NCBI GenBank assembly: GCA_963846545.1
Contig: CAWJWG010000001.1
Span: 2,550,735 to 2,614,734 of the forward strand
Direction: 5' to 3'
From: an uncultured Gemmatimonadales bacterium
Lineage (GTDB): Bacteria > Gemmatimonadota > Gemmatimonadetes > Gemmatimonadales > GWC2-71-9
Length of the DNA stretch: 64,000 nucleotides
Of the stretch, positions 47,321 through 56,587 are shown in pieces. A program made the position numbers and the translations under genes. Each line of letters starts with the position of its first letter. Position 1 is the first letter of the stretch. The notes below the pieces were generated by a model, which saw only the letters and a list, made by a program, of their open reading frames with translations, had not been told where the DNA came from and did not search any database.

Positions 47321-47575
47321 TCAGCCTGGAGTCGATAGATGCCGGCCGAGGGCGGCGACAATAGCTTCGTACGAAGTGAGCTTGGGAATCTCTTGATTGG
47401 TGAACACCACCCCGAACTCGCCCTCGAGTTGGGAAATCAGCATCAGGTGGTTCAGGGAGCTCCAGTTTCCGGTCGATTCCGCCGAAAAATCTGCGTCGAT
47501 GTCGCTGGCGGGCAGGTCCAGGACCTGTGCGAGCACCTCACGAACGCGGTCACCGATGGGCGCTGAGTCGCTCAT
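47321..47575 (-). CDS. Acyl carrier protein
   Basis: C-terminal 84 aa of ORF 47321..47965. The ATG overlaps the FkbH-like stop (ATGA). Carrier-protein pattern ..GNWSSLNHLMLISQLEGEFGV.F. Confidence 0.75.
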   Translation of the reverse strand: MSDSAPIGDRVREVLAQVLDLPASDIDADFSAESTGNWSSLNHLMLISQLEGEFGVVFTNQEIPKLTSYEAIVAALGRHLSTPG

Positions 47576-49431
47576 CGTGCCGGCGCTCCCGGTACCGGCA
47601 CATCGGCGCCTGCAGTGTGTGCCGGGGCCGCGATCCACGTAGGCCATGCCGGTCCCTGGTCGTCGAGGGAACGCGCCCAGCGTCCGTCCGATCCAGCGAC
47701 GAAGCCGTGCTGAGAGAGAAAGGTCGAAGCAACCTGGTTCCGCCCCGAATCGATGAAATCCGCCGAGAGCGTTGTTGCACCGGCGCCGCGCGCGTCTGCC
47801 GCGATCCGGGCCACCAGGGCGGACTCCACCGACTTGCCGATCACGCGGCAGCTCATCAGGAACGACTCCAGGTGCCAGCGCTCCGTGCCCGGCTCGGCAA
47901 TGGCCACACCCGTCAGCCCGAAATCCCCGAAACGATCCGCAACCCGCATCATATACACTCGCCACGCACCAGAAGCTAACTGACGGCGGATGGTCGTCTC
48001 GTCGTGACGCCGCGTCGTGAGGTTGAACTGATTGGTCTTGGCGAGGAGCTGCACTACTCTCGCCATACTGTCGTCATCCACGGCTCCGATGTCGACCCGC
48101 AGATGCAGCCCCGCCAGGAAGTCCTCCAGCGAACCGACCGAACTGAGGTAGTCTTCCCGGCCCCGCGACTCCTGGTACTGTTTCGTGCGAAGCGCGTCCT
48201 CGCTGGTCTGGTGGAGGACGATGAGCGACGGCAGTGAGCCCACCCAGTTCGCGTACATGGACGAGTCGACCGGCAGATCGGGCACCTGTAGCTCCGGGAT
48301 CTGGCCCCGGACCCATGCCCGTTCGTGGGGACTGTCGTCGATCAGGAGCATGTGGTCGAGGCCGATGTTGAGCTCGCGGGCGAGGGACCGGATGTTCGTG
48401 GCCTTGTCCTCCCAGTTGATGCGGTACGCCGCCAGCTGCTCGGCCCGGATCAGCATGCTCGGGTGGTCGCGGAGGACCGTGAGCGCCTCCGCCTCGTTGT
48501 TCTTGCTGCAGAGCGCGAGGAGAATCCCCTGCCGTTGCAGGTCCAGCAGCTCACGCTGGAAGTCGACGAACTCGCTGCCTGGCCACTGGGGGCCGAGACC
48601 GATGCCTGCGGGACCGTCCTCACCCAGGACCCCACCCCAGAGCGTGTTGTCCAGGTCCAGCACGATGCACTTGGTCGCCTTGCCCAGCGCCGCCAGTGCG
48701 AATCCGACGTAGCGCTCGGCCACCGCGGACATCAGTGCATCGGACCAGGTCACGTGCCCCCGATAGTGCGTGCGCCAGTTGAACGCATGCGTGCGCCCGA
48801 CCTGGGCCACGACGTCAGCCAATGGGAAGAGGAATGTGTTGGCGCGGAGCGCGAGTCGGAGCCGCAGGTGCTTGTTGGCATGGGCCACCGTGTGGGCGAA
48901 GGTTCCCTTGCTTCGAAACGCGTTCACCCCCTCGGTGCTCCGTCGGGGCAGCGCAAAATCGTTGACCACTACGATGCCGCTGCCGGCACGGTCGAACACG
49001 TCGAGGCCGGCGAACAGCGGGGTCAGCAGACCGCCCACGACCGGCTGGCTCTTGAGCGGCGGCGCTTCCGCCCACCGCTGATGCCAGAGTACATCCGCAT
49101 CGATGGCCAGAAACGTGACGGCGGGACGGAACCGGTAGAGCCCCGACCCGGCATCGAGGAGCTCGGAGAGATACTGGCCGTATGGGCAGACGTAGGTGTC
49201 GAGCCAGAGCCCGGCGCGAGCCGCCTCTACCCGCAGCACCGGGATGAACGGGTCGAGTGTGAATGAGGCGAGCATCGCCACTCGCGCCCGAAGCCGCTCG
49301 GGAATCGCGTCCTGCGGCATCCGATCCAGCTCGCGCGCCGCTGCCTGGTACGCGGACCAGGGCGCCCCAGGCGCCACGCGGCTCGCGATGGCCTGGAGTG
49401 CGGTACTGTCGACGTGTTGCTCTGAGCTCAT
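47572..49431 (-). CDS. FkbH-like protein (HAD-IIIC phosphatase domain plus C-terminal acyltransferase-like domain)
   Basis: 619-aa ORF with the HAD motif IVLDLDNTLWGGVLGEDG, plus LCSKNNE and FLMSCRVIGKSVE, which are typical of the FkbH family. Confidence 0.8.
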   Translation of the reverse strand: MSSEQHVDSTALQAIASRVAPGAPWSAYQAAARELDRMPQDAIPERLRARVAMLASFTLDPFIPVLRVEAARAGLWLDTYVCPYGQYLSELLDAGSGLYRFRPAVTFLAIDADVLWHQRWAEAPPLKSQPVVGGLLTPLFAGLDVFDRAGSGIVVVNDFALPRRSTEGVNAFRSKGTFAHTVAHANKHLRLRLALRANTFLFPLADVVAQVGRTHAFNWRTHYRGHVTWSDALMSAVAERYVGFALAALGKATKCIVLDLDNTLWGGVLGEDGPAGIGLGPQWPGSEFVDFQRELLDLQRQGILLALCSKNNEAEALTVLRDHPSMLIRAEQLAAYRINWEDKATNIRSLARELNIGLDHMLLIDDSPHERAWVRGQIPELQVPDLPVDSSMYANWVGSLPSLIVLHQTSEDALRTKQYQESRGREDYLSSVGSLEDFLAGLHLRVDIGAVDDDSMARVVQLLAKTNQFNLTTRRHDETTIRRQLASGAWRVYMMRVADRFGDFGLTGVAIAEPGTERWHLESFLMSCRVIGKSVESALVARIAADARGAGATTLSADFIDSGRNQVASTFLSQHGFVAGSDGRWARSLDDQGPAWPTWIAAPAHTAGADVPVPGAPAR

Positions 49432-49441
49432 GCCTGGCGGT

Positions 49442-49966
49442 CTACCGTCGCGTGAAGATGACTTTGGCGGGATTGCCTAGAACGATGGTGTTGGGAGGCA
49501 CGATACCGGTGACGACCGAGCCCGCGGAAACGATGGCGTCATCCCCGACATCCGAGCCGGCGAGCAGAACCGCGTTCGATCCGATCCACACACGGTGGCC
49601 GATGCGGACGGGCTTCCCTACCGTACCCTGCTCTTGAAGCGGAACCCCCAGCCGGTCGAACCGATATGATCCGGTGAGGATGGTGCAGTTGGGGCTGATC
49701 ATCGCATCGTCACCCACCGTCATGCCCGATGGGCCTACTCCGATGAAGGACCCGCTGGCGATGTGCACCCGCCGGCCCATCACGAAAGGCCCCCGAATCT
49801 TGACCTTCGCGAACGCCGATATGATGCACCCGGTGCCCCAGTCGGTAGACGAGACGAGATCCACTTCGGCCCGGCTGCTGATGAACGCCCGGTGCTTCAC
49901 AAGGTAATAGAGCCTCACGAGGAGCATTGGGATCAGGACTCGACCGGTCAGCTTCCAGATCCTCAT
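49442..49966 (-). CDS. Hexapeptide-repeat (LbH) acyl/acetyltransferase
   Basis: ORF 49442..50176, trimmed to the ATG with AAGGAG 3 nt upstream. Hexapeptide repeats (IGHRVWIGSNAVLLAGSDVGDDAIVSAGSVV). Confidence 0.75.
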   Translation of the reverse strand: MRIWKLTGRVLIPMLLVRLYYLVKHRAFISSRAEVDLVSSTDWGTGCIISAFAKVKIRGPFVMGRRVHIASGSFIGVGPSGMTVGDDAMISPNCTILTGSYRFDRLGVPLQEQGTVGKPVRIGHRVWIGSNAVLLAGSDVGDDAIVSAGSVVTGIVPPNTIVLGNPAKVIFTRR

Positions 49967-50325
49967 GAGCTCCTTGGCCTCCGCGTGGCGGCGTAGCACG
50001 TATTCCGGAACAGGGTAAATATCCCGGTACGAGGCATGCAGGTGGCAAGATATCGGGACACAGGGTGCATTCAACCCCTGCAAGTCGGCCTTAGCATCCC
50101 GTGACTCGCGGTGTTGGCAACCGCCCACAATTGGCCTGGGTGCTGTCTCCTTGATCCCGTCTGGGATGCGTCCCATGCCCCGCCCACAGGGAGGCCTAAG
50201 TCGGAGTCCCGGCGAATCTTGGGCCTATGTTCTCACCTGGACTCGGGACCAGCCCGGGCGGCTTCGATCTTGCGAAGTCAGCTCGGGTTCGCCGTTGCAT
50301 CCTTCGGTCCCACTCGAGCCTCGGG

Positions 50326-52398
50326 ATGATGAACCCTCGCACCCGTCTTCGACCCGTTCGCGGGGCCACGCCGATTCTCTTGATGGTGTGCCTCGTCGCG
50401 GGCGCGTGTAGCAGCGAGGGGACCGGGCCGGGACCCGATGTCGGGCCGCCCGCCGCGATCGACGTGCGCTCGGGTGGGGACCAATCGGGCAGCGCAGGTG
50501 AACCTCTCGGCCAGCCACTGGTCGCTCGGGTGGTCGATACCGAGGGCCGGGGAGTGCCTGACGTCGAGATCTCGTTCGTTCCTGCCGAGGGGAGTGGAAG
50601 CTTCGACCCCTCCTCGCTCACAACCGACGAGGAGGGGGAGGCCGTCGCCACTTGGACTCTCGGCACGGCGGTCGGCGCGATGGCGGCCCAGGTGCGCACC
50701 GAAGAGCTCACCGCCGACCTGTCGGCTACTTCTGTCCCCGGCATCCCCGCCAGGCTCTCGTTCGACCATGCCCCTACCGCCGCGGTAGCCGGGATCGTGT
50801 TCGATCCGCCGGTGACGGTGCTGGCCCAGGATCGATACGGCAATACGGTGACCGGTTACTCGGCGGAAATCCGGCTGGAGCTGAACCAAGGCGACCTCGG
50901 CGGGCCTGCGGTCGCGAGTGCCGTCGAGGGTCGTGCGACGTTCCCTGGCCTGCACGTGGATGAGGCCGCACCCGACTACAGACTGACCGCGCTGGCCGAT
51001 GGTCTCGTCCCCACCGAGAGCCCAAGTTTTTCCGTCACCTCGGCCGGCGTCGATCCCTCGCGATCGTCGATCACCGCGACACCCCTCTCGGTCACGCCCG
51101 GCGAGACCACGATCGTGTCGGTCACCGCGAGGGACGATCTGGGGAACCCGATCTCGGGGGCCGCGGTGCAGCTGACCGGCGGCCCGGACGGCACGTTCAC
51201 GCAGCCACCCGTCACCGATGCGAACGGCGTGGCGAGCGGCAGCTACCGCTCGGATACGCCGGGCGCGAAGACGATCGCGGCAGAGGTCGGGGGAGTTACG
51301 ATCGACGACGAAGTCACCATCGTTGTGGAGAACCCACCCGTTTCCTCCATCGAGGTAAACCCGCCCGATGCCGCGCTCCTGGTGGACCAGACCGTCACCC
51401 TCGGCGCGACGGCTCGCGACGCGGCAGGAACCGTCATCGAAGGCGCATCAGTCGAGTGGAGCAGCAGCGACGAGGCAGTGGCCGGTGTGACCGCCAACGG
51501 GGTGGTCACGGCGCTGGCGGCGGGCTCCGCAACCCTGACCGCCTCGAGTCAAGGGAAGTCCGGCAGCGCGAACATCTCCGTCAGCCTCGGGGAAGGCACC
51601 TACACGAACCTTACGTACTGCACGATCGCTGGTGTCGCCGACAAGATGGATCTGTTCGTGCCCGACGCGAGCAAGCCTCGCCCGCTGCCCGTCGTCGTGC
51701 ACGTGCACGGCGGAGGCTGGGTGAGCGGCACGCGGTCCACCGGCGCTCGCTTCACCGCGGTGAAGAACATGCTGCTCGGCCGTGGGTTCGCCGTCGTCAG
51801 CGTGGACTACCGACTCGCACCCACGCACAAGTATCCGGCCCAGATTCAGGACCTGCAGTGCGCGATCCGCCACTTGCGGGCGCGAGCGGACAGATATGGA
51901 GTGGACCCGGATCGGATCGGGGCGTGGGGAGGAAGTGCGGGAGGCCAGATGGTGGCGCTGCTCGGCACAGCCGATACGGACGCCGGAATTCCGATCGCAG
52001 GAGCGTTTCAGAACGAGTCGAGTCGGGTGCAGGCAGTGGCCGCCTACTCCACGATCGCCGACTTCACGCACCCCGAGGAATTGCTCGACGACTACAGTCG
52101 CGTATTCCGCACGTGGCCCGATCCGGAGTCTCCGGAAATGATCGAGGCCAGCCCGATCACCCACGTTTCCCCAGACGATCCGCCCTTCTTACTGATCGTG
52201 GGTGAGGACGACGAGTTGGTGATGACGACCCAGTCGGAACGCCTTGACATGCGCCTCCAGGCAGCAGGCGTCGAGTCGTCGCTGCTGCGGGTCCAGCACG
52301 CGGACCACGATCTCCAGGCCACCGATGCGCCCACGATCCCGAGCTCGGCCGCGATCAACGACCGGATAGTGGACTTTCTAGACCAGCGACTCCACTAG
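50326..52398 (+). CDS. Lipoprotein with Ig-like domains fused to a C-terminal alpha/beta-hydrolase (HSL-type esterase)
   Basis: ORF 50227..52398, trimmed to the ATG giving [30 protein letters not shown] (lipobox). Several Big-type repeats, then VHVHGGGW (oxyanion HGGG), GGSAGG (GxSxG) and HADHDL. Confidence 0.75.
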   Translation: MMNPRTRLRPVRGATPILLMVCLVAGACSSEGTGPGPDVGPPAAIDVRSGGDQSGSAGEPLGQPLVARVVDTEGRGVPDVEISFVPAEGSGSFDPSSLTTDEEGEAVATWTLGTAVGAMAAQVRTEELTADLSATSVPGIPARLSFDHAPTAAVAGIVFDPPVTVLAQDRYGNTVTGYSAEIRLELNQGDLGGPAVASAVEGRATFPGLHVDEAAPDYRLTALADGLVPTESPSFSVTSAGVDPSRSSITATPLSVTPGETTIVSVTARDDLGNPISGAAVQLTGGPDGTFTQPPVTDANGVASGSYRSDTPGAKTIAAEVGGVTIDDEVTIVVENPPVSSIEVNPPDAALLVDQTVTLGATARDAAGTVIEGASVEWSSSDEAVAGVTANGVVTALAAGSATLTASSQGKSGSANISVSLGEGTYTNLTYCTIAGVADKMDLFVPDASKPRPLPVVVHVHGGGWVSGTRSTGARFTAVKNMLLGRGFAVVSVDYRLAPTHKYPAQIQDLQCAIRHLRARADRYGVDPDRIGAWGGSAGGQMVALLGTADTDAGIPIAGAFQNESSRVQAVAAYSTIADFTHPEELLDDYSRVFRTWPDPESPEMIEASPITHVSPDDPPFLLIVGEDDELVMTTQSERLDMRLQAAGVESSLLRVQHADHDLQATDAPTIPSSAAINDRIVDFLDQRLH

Positions 52399-53059
52399 CC
52401 GGCGGCCCCTTGGGAAGCCGCTTCGCGCCGGGTACGACTCCCACGGCGCGCGCCTTGTCCCGAAACCCCTTCCTGTGATCCACCGGCAGTCCGCTCTCGG
52501 CCTGCCACTGATGCACCATCTCGTGCAACAGCGTGTGCTCGACCTCGCTCCAGGGATGGCGGTTCACGTGCCGTCTGCTGATCGCGATCTCGATCGGGCG
52601 GCCGCTCCGAAGGTCGACGCTGAGCTCCCCCAGCCGGCTCCGCATCCGACCCGAGAGCCGGATGGGCAGGCTCGAGAGCCGGCGCTCGAAGTGATCGCGA
52701 TTGAAACGGTCGTGCGCTTCGCTGAGGCGGTGCAGGATCAGCAGGTCACCCGGGCGGGGGCGGTCGCGCCGCGGCCGGGTGGCCGACGGGGCATGCTCCT
52801 CGACGGGAAAGGCGAGGAACTCGCGCTCCGAGGAGCGCCGCCGCGCGCGGGGGAGCGACGGATCGAGAAATCGGAGAATCGCCAGCAGCACGGCATCGGA
52901 GGCGAACGCATAGCCGCGGTGGAGCCGGAGCACGCCCCGTCCCCCCACGCTGACCATGACCGTCCGGTTGGTGTGGGTGACCACGCGGGAGCAGCCGCGA
53001 AGACCGAGCCGCTCGAGCCGCTCGGGAAGCGCGAGGACCGCCGGGTGCTCGTCCCTCAC
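52355..53059 (-). CDS. SprT-like zinc metalloprotease domain protein
   Basis: 3' part of ORF 52355..53686, starting at GTG 53059, which overlaps the phosphoesterase stop (GTGA). [27 protein letters not shown] is the SprT-type HExxH...H pattern. Confidence 0.65.
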   Translation of the reverse strand: MRDEHPAVLALPERLERLGLRGCSRVVTHTNRTVMVSVGGRGVLRLHRGYAFASDAVLLAILRFLDPSLPRARRRSSEREFLAFPVEEHAPSATRPRRDRPRPGDLLILHRLSEAHDRFNRDHFERRLSSLPIRLSGRMRSRLGELSVDLRSGRPIEIAISRRHVNRHPWSEVEHTLLHEMVHQWQAESGLPVDHRKGFRDKARAVGVVPGAKRLPKGPPASGVAGLESPLSGR

Positions 53060-53928
53060 AGCCCCTGATCCCCGCCGGCCACCGACACCGCCACCTTGGT
53101 CACTCCGGCGCGCGCGAACGAAAACGCGTCGGATCGCTGGAACTGCCGGGTGGACGGCTGCCAGCGGAAGTGCTGGATGCTGACCGCCGAGGGATCGATC
53201 GTGACCAGGTTGAAGACCGAGGGGCGGCCGCCGCGCACGCGTGAGCTGTGCGTGCCCGACGTGCTCACGGCCAGCGTCCCGTCGATCTGCCCTGCACCTT
53301 CCTGATGATCGTGCCCGCACAGAACCACATCGGCGCGGGTGGCCAGCAATCGGCGATGGGTGGCGCGCCACCGGGCCAGGCCCATTCGCCTCGACAGCGC
53401 CCCCGGCAGCACGTTGTGATGGAACACCAGGATGCGGGCTACATCGCCCGGCGCCTTCCCGAAGATCCCGGTCACGCGGTCCGTCTCGCTGCTCGGCAGA
53501 TGTCCCTTCACCGCCACGTCGCGGATGTTCCAGGTAAGCGAGCCGAACGCGACGCCGTAGCTGCTGAGCGCGCCGACGAGGATCGCCCCCGGAATCTCGA
53601 GCACCGGCCGGAGGTCGCGGAAGTATTGGGAGTACTTGTGATACTTGAGCGCGTCCCCCCGCAGGCCGAGGGGACTCTTCCACCACTCGATGTCGTGATT
53701 GCCGGGGACCACCAACACCGGCGCGTGCGGGCGCAGGCGGTTGACGAACGCGTGCGCCGCCTGGAATTCGCCGTGCCGGGCGCGCTGGGAGAGATCGCCC
53801 GAGATGGCGATGGCATCGAGACCGAGGGTCGGGAGAAAGGTCTCGAGACCCTCGATCTGCGCCAGATCCGCGTAGCCGCCGAAGTGGAGATCGGAGAGGT
53901 GTGCGATGACGATCCGGCCGGCGCTCAT
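53056..53928 (-). CDS. Calcineurin-like metallophosphoesterase
   Basis: 290-aa ORF with HLSDLHFG, ISGDLSQ, VPGNHD, VFHHN and LCGHDH motifs in canonical order. Confidence 0.8.
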   Translation of the reverse strand: MSAGRIVIAHLSDLHFGGYADLAQIEGLETFLPTLGLDAIAISGDLSQRARHGEFQAAHAFVNRLRPHAPVLVVPGNHDIEWWKSPLGLRGDALKYHKYSQYFRDLRPVLEIPGAILVGALSSYGVAFGSLTWNIRDVAVKGHLPSSETDRVTGIFGKAPGDVARILVFHHNVLPGALSRRMGLARWRATHRRLLATRADVVLCGHDHQEGAGQIDGTLAVSTSGTHSSRVRGGRPSVFNLVTIDPSAVSIQHFRWQPSTRQFQRSDAFSFARAGVTKVAVSVAGGDQGL

Positions 53929-53929
53929 C

Positions 53930-55309
53930 TCACCAGACGATGCGGAGCCGATACGTCACCGCGGCCTCGCCGCGCGCGGGGACCTTGACCCGGAACCGCG
54001 TGCGGGTGGAAGAGAGCTTCTCCGCGGGCACCGAGCTGGACACCACCGCCCATTCCCCGCCTCGCTCCTCCACCACGTCCACGGTCGCCGTGCTGTCGGT
54101 GGCGTTCCGCACCGTGACCCGATAGTCGGCCGTTGCGATCGTTCGGACGCCGTACGCCTTGGTGCTGTCGCGGCGGGTGACGTACGTGGTCTGCACCCGG
54201 CGGGCCGTCAGGTCGAAAGCCACGCCGGCGTCCAGCTTCAGGTCTCGGCCGGCTGGCGTGTGGTCGAGCGAGGCCTCCCCGACGAGCTGCGGGCGGCCCG
54301 CGCTGTCCGACTGGTAGAGGCGTGCCACGCCGCCCGGCAGGGGACGGTCCCCAAACTCACTCTTGTGCGGGCGCTTGAGGGTGTAGCTCACTTCGACCGG
54401 CGCCTCGCTCTCGTCACCCTGCTGCGGGAGGAAACCCCAGTACGGCACCAGACCGTGCACGACATAGTTCTTCTCGTAGGGCACTTCCACCGGCTCGAAC
54501 AGCGCCACCGACGACGTGAGACCCGGGAGCAGCGAGGTCTTGCCCGGCAGCGTGTAGACGTGGAACTCACCGACGCGCTGCTCCGTTGCCGCGGCGTCGG
54601 CGAAGTCCATGGACGCCTGCAGGCGCTCGCGCATCATCGCCGGCGCGGGCTGCTGCTTGTCGGCGCGGCCGACCGAGCCGGCGAGGAGCTGCACGTCGGC
54701 GTTCTCGACCCGAAGGCCCTGCGACTCCAGCACCGCCTGCCCGCTGACCCGCGCCGCCCGCCCGCCGAGCATCACCTGATAGCTCGCCTGCCAGGTGGCC
54801 CCGCCGGTGAAGTATCCCACCCGCAGCTTCGACTGGGCCTTCGTGCTCCATAGATCGACGCTCGCGCTCGGCTCGGCCACCACGACGTCGGCGGGATAGA
54901 GCGCGGCGCCCGGAGCCTGGAAGGTGATGCGCCCGTCGGGCAGCTGGAGACGAAGCGGATCCACGCCGAGCACGAGCGCGCTCAACGTGTCCTTGGACTC
55001 GGGCAGGCGGAACACGACCCGGCGTCCGACCGAGCGCCGGAGCGCGCTGCCCTCGTCGGTCGCGCCGTCGTAGGTCAGCCGGGTCACGGCGACGACGGAG
55101 TCGAGCGGAAAGAGCGAGGCGGGATCGAGCGCGCCGAGGACGAGCTTGTGGGTCGAGGCGCCCTTCGGCACCGCGACACCCAGCTCCCGCCGCACCAGCA
55201 CCCGCCCGTCGTTGTAGATGGTGATGCCCGTCTGCGCCGCGACGGCCCCCGGCGCCCCCGCCAGCGCCAGTCCCACCGCCAGCGCGGTCCTGCGTTGTCC
55301 CCTCGTCAT
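53930..55309 (-). CDS. Secreted DUF4140/DUF4139-like (MuiA-like) protein
   Basis: ORF 53930..55564, trimmed to the ATG giving signal peptide MTRGQRRTALAVGLALAGAPGAVAAQ. The N-terminal ITIYNDGRVLVRREL.. and C-terminal YRVTVRNATDSTATVDVVEE..VTYRLRIVW patterns recall DUF4140/DUF4139 (from memory). Confidence 0.6.
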   Translation of the reverse strand: MTRGQRRTALAVGLALAGAPGAVAAQTGITIYNDGRVLVRRELGVAVPKGASTHKLVLGALDPASLFPLDSVVAVTRLTYDGATDEGSALRRSVGRRVVFRLPESKDTLSALVLGVDPLRLQLPDGRITFQAPGAALYPADVVVAEPSASVDLWSTKAQSKLRVGYFTGGATWQASYQVMLGGRAARVSGQAVLESQGLRVENADVQLLAGSVGRADKQQPAPAMMRERLQASMDFADAAATEQRVGEFHVYTLPGKTSLLPGLTSSVALFEPVEVPYEKNYVVHGLVPYWGFLPQQGDESEAPVEVSYTLKRPHKSEFGDRPLPGGVARLYQSDSAGRPQLVGEASLDHTPAGRDLKLDAGVAFDLTARRVQTTYVTRRDSTKAYGVRTIATADYRVTVRNATDSTATVDVVEERGGEWAVVSSSVPAEKLSSTRTRFRVKVPARGEAAVTYRLRIVW

Positions 55310-55596
55310 GACATCGTCTCCATGGCCACGCGGCTCGCGATCCGCCGCACGATGATGTAGGTCGCCAGCACGGCGATCGCCCCGTAGACCCGCGCCATCG
55401 GATCGTGCGGCATGCTGACGGCGACGTACCCACCCATCAGGAGCGTCGCGGCGAGGGAGATGCGATTGGCGATGCGGGATGCACGCCTGGAGCGCTCGGC
55501 GTGACACGCGGGGCAGAGATCGCCCCACGCGAGCCCGAGCACCCGGCGCTCGCACTTGGCGCAAGGAACCTCAGGCAGCCCGCCGCGCGACAGCAT
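55306..55596 (-). CDS. Small zinc-ribbon membrane protein
   Basis: 96-aa ORF with CAKC..(14)..CPAC followed by two hydrophobic segments. The stop overlaps the downstream ATG (ATGA), and the start lies inside the last 26 nt of the upstream gene. Confidence 0.5.
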   Translation of the reverse strand: MLSRGGLPEVPCAKCERRVLGLAWGDLCPACHAERSRRASRIANRISLAATLLMGGYVAVSMPHDPMARVYGAIAVLATYIIVRRIASRVAMETMS

Positions 55597-56587
55597 GACC
55601 GAACTCCTCGGTGGATGCGGTCCCGCCCAGATCGCGGGTCCGGATGCCGTCCCCGACGATCGTGTCCACCACCGCCCGCCGCACCCGTTCGGCCCGGTCC
55701 AGCTCGCCGAGGTGGTCCAGCATCATGGCTGCGGCGAACATCTGGGCGGACGGATTGGCGAGGCCTTTGCCGGCGATGTCGGGGGCGCTGCCGTGAACGG
55801 CCTCGAAAATCGCCGCCTTGGTGCCGATGTTGGCGCCCGGTGCGAGGCCGAGGCCACCCACCAGACCCGACACCTCGTCGCTCAGGATGTCGCCGAACAT
55901 GTTGGTCGTCACCATGACGTCGAACTGCTCCGGGCGCAGGACCAGCTGCATCGCGGTGTTGTCCACGATCATGTCGTTCGACTCGACCCGCCCGGCGTAC
56001 TCCCCCGCCACGTCCCGCCCGACCTCGAGGAACAGGCCGCTCACCATCTTGAGGATGTTGGCCTTGTGGACGATGGTCACCTTGCGGCGGCCGTGGCGGA
56101 GCGCGTACTCGAAGGCGTAGCGGACGATGCGCTCGCAGCCGGCGCGGGTGACGATCGCCATGGACTCGCCGACCGCGCGGGGATCGTCGCCGATCTGGAC
56201 GAAGTGCTCCACCCCGATGTACAAGCCCTCGAGGTTCTCACGCACGAGCACGATGTCCACGTTTTCGAACCGGCCGCCGGGGAGGATGGTCTTGGCGGGC
56301 CGCACGTTGGCGAAGAGCTCGAATTCCTTGCGGAGACCGACATTCACCGAGCGGAAGCCGGTGCCGATCGGCGTGGTGAGCGGGCCCTTGAGCGCGATGG
56401 CGTTCTTCCGGATGCTCTCCACCGTGGCGTCGGGGAGCGGCGTCCCGGTGGCTTCCACCGCGCTGACGCCGGCCAGCTCCTCGTCCCAGTTGAAGCGCAG
56501 CCCGGTCGCCTCGAGGACCTTCACCGTCTGCGCGGTGATCTCGGGGCCGATCCCATCGCCTGGAATGAGTGTGACGTCGTACGTCAT
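55571..56587 (-). CDS. Isocitrate/isopropylmalate dehydrogenase family enzyme, probably NAD-dependent isocitrate dehydrogenase
   Basis: 338-aa ORF with [40 protein letters not shown] and [15 protein letters not shown]. Confidence 0.85.
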   Translation of the reverse strand: MTYDVTLIPGDGIGPEITAQTVKVLEATGLRFNWDEELAGVSAVEATGTPLPDATVESIRKNAIALKGPLTTPIGTGFRSVNVGLRKEFELFANVRPAKTILPGGRFENVDIVLVRENLEGLYIGVEHFVQIGDDPRAVGESMAIVTRAGCERIVRYAFEYALRHGRRKVTIVHKANILKMVSGLFLEVGRDVAGEYAGRVESNDMIVDNTAMQLVLRPEQFDVMVTTNMFGDILSDEVSGLVGGLGLAPGANIGTKAAIFEAVHGSAPDIAGKGLANPSAQMFAAAMMLDHLGELDRAERVRRAVVDTIVGDGIRTRDLGGTASTEEFGHAVARRAA

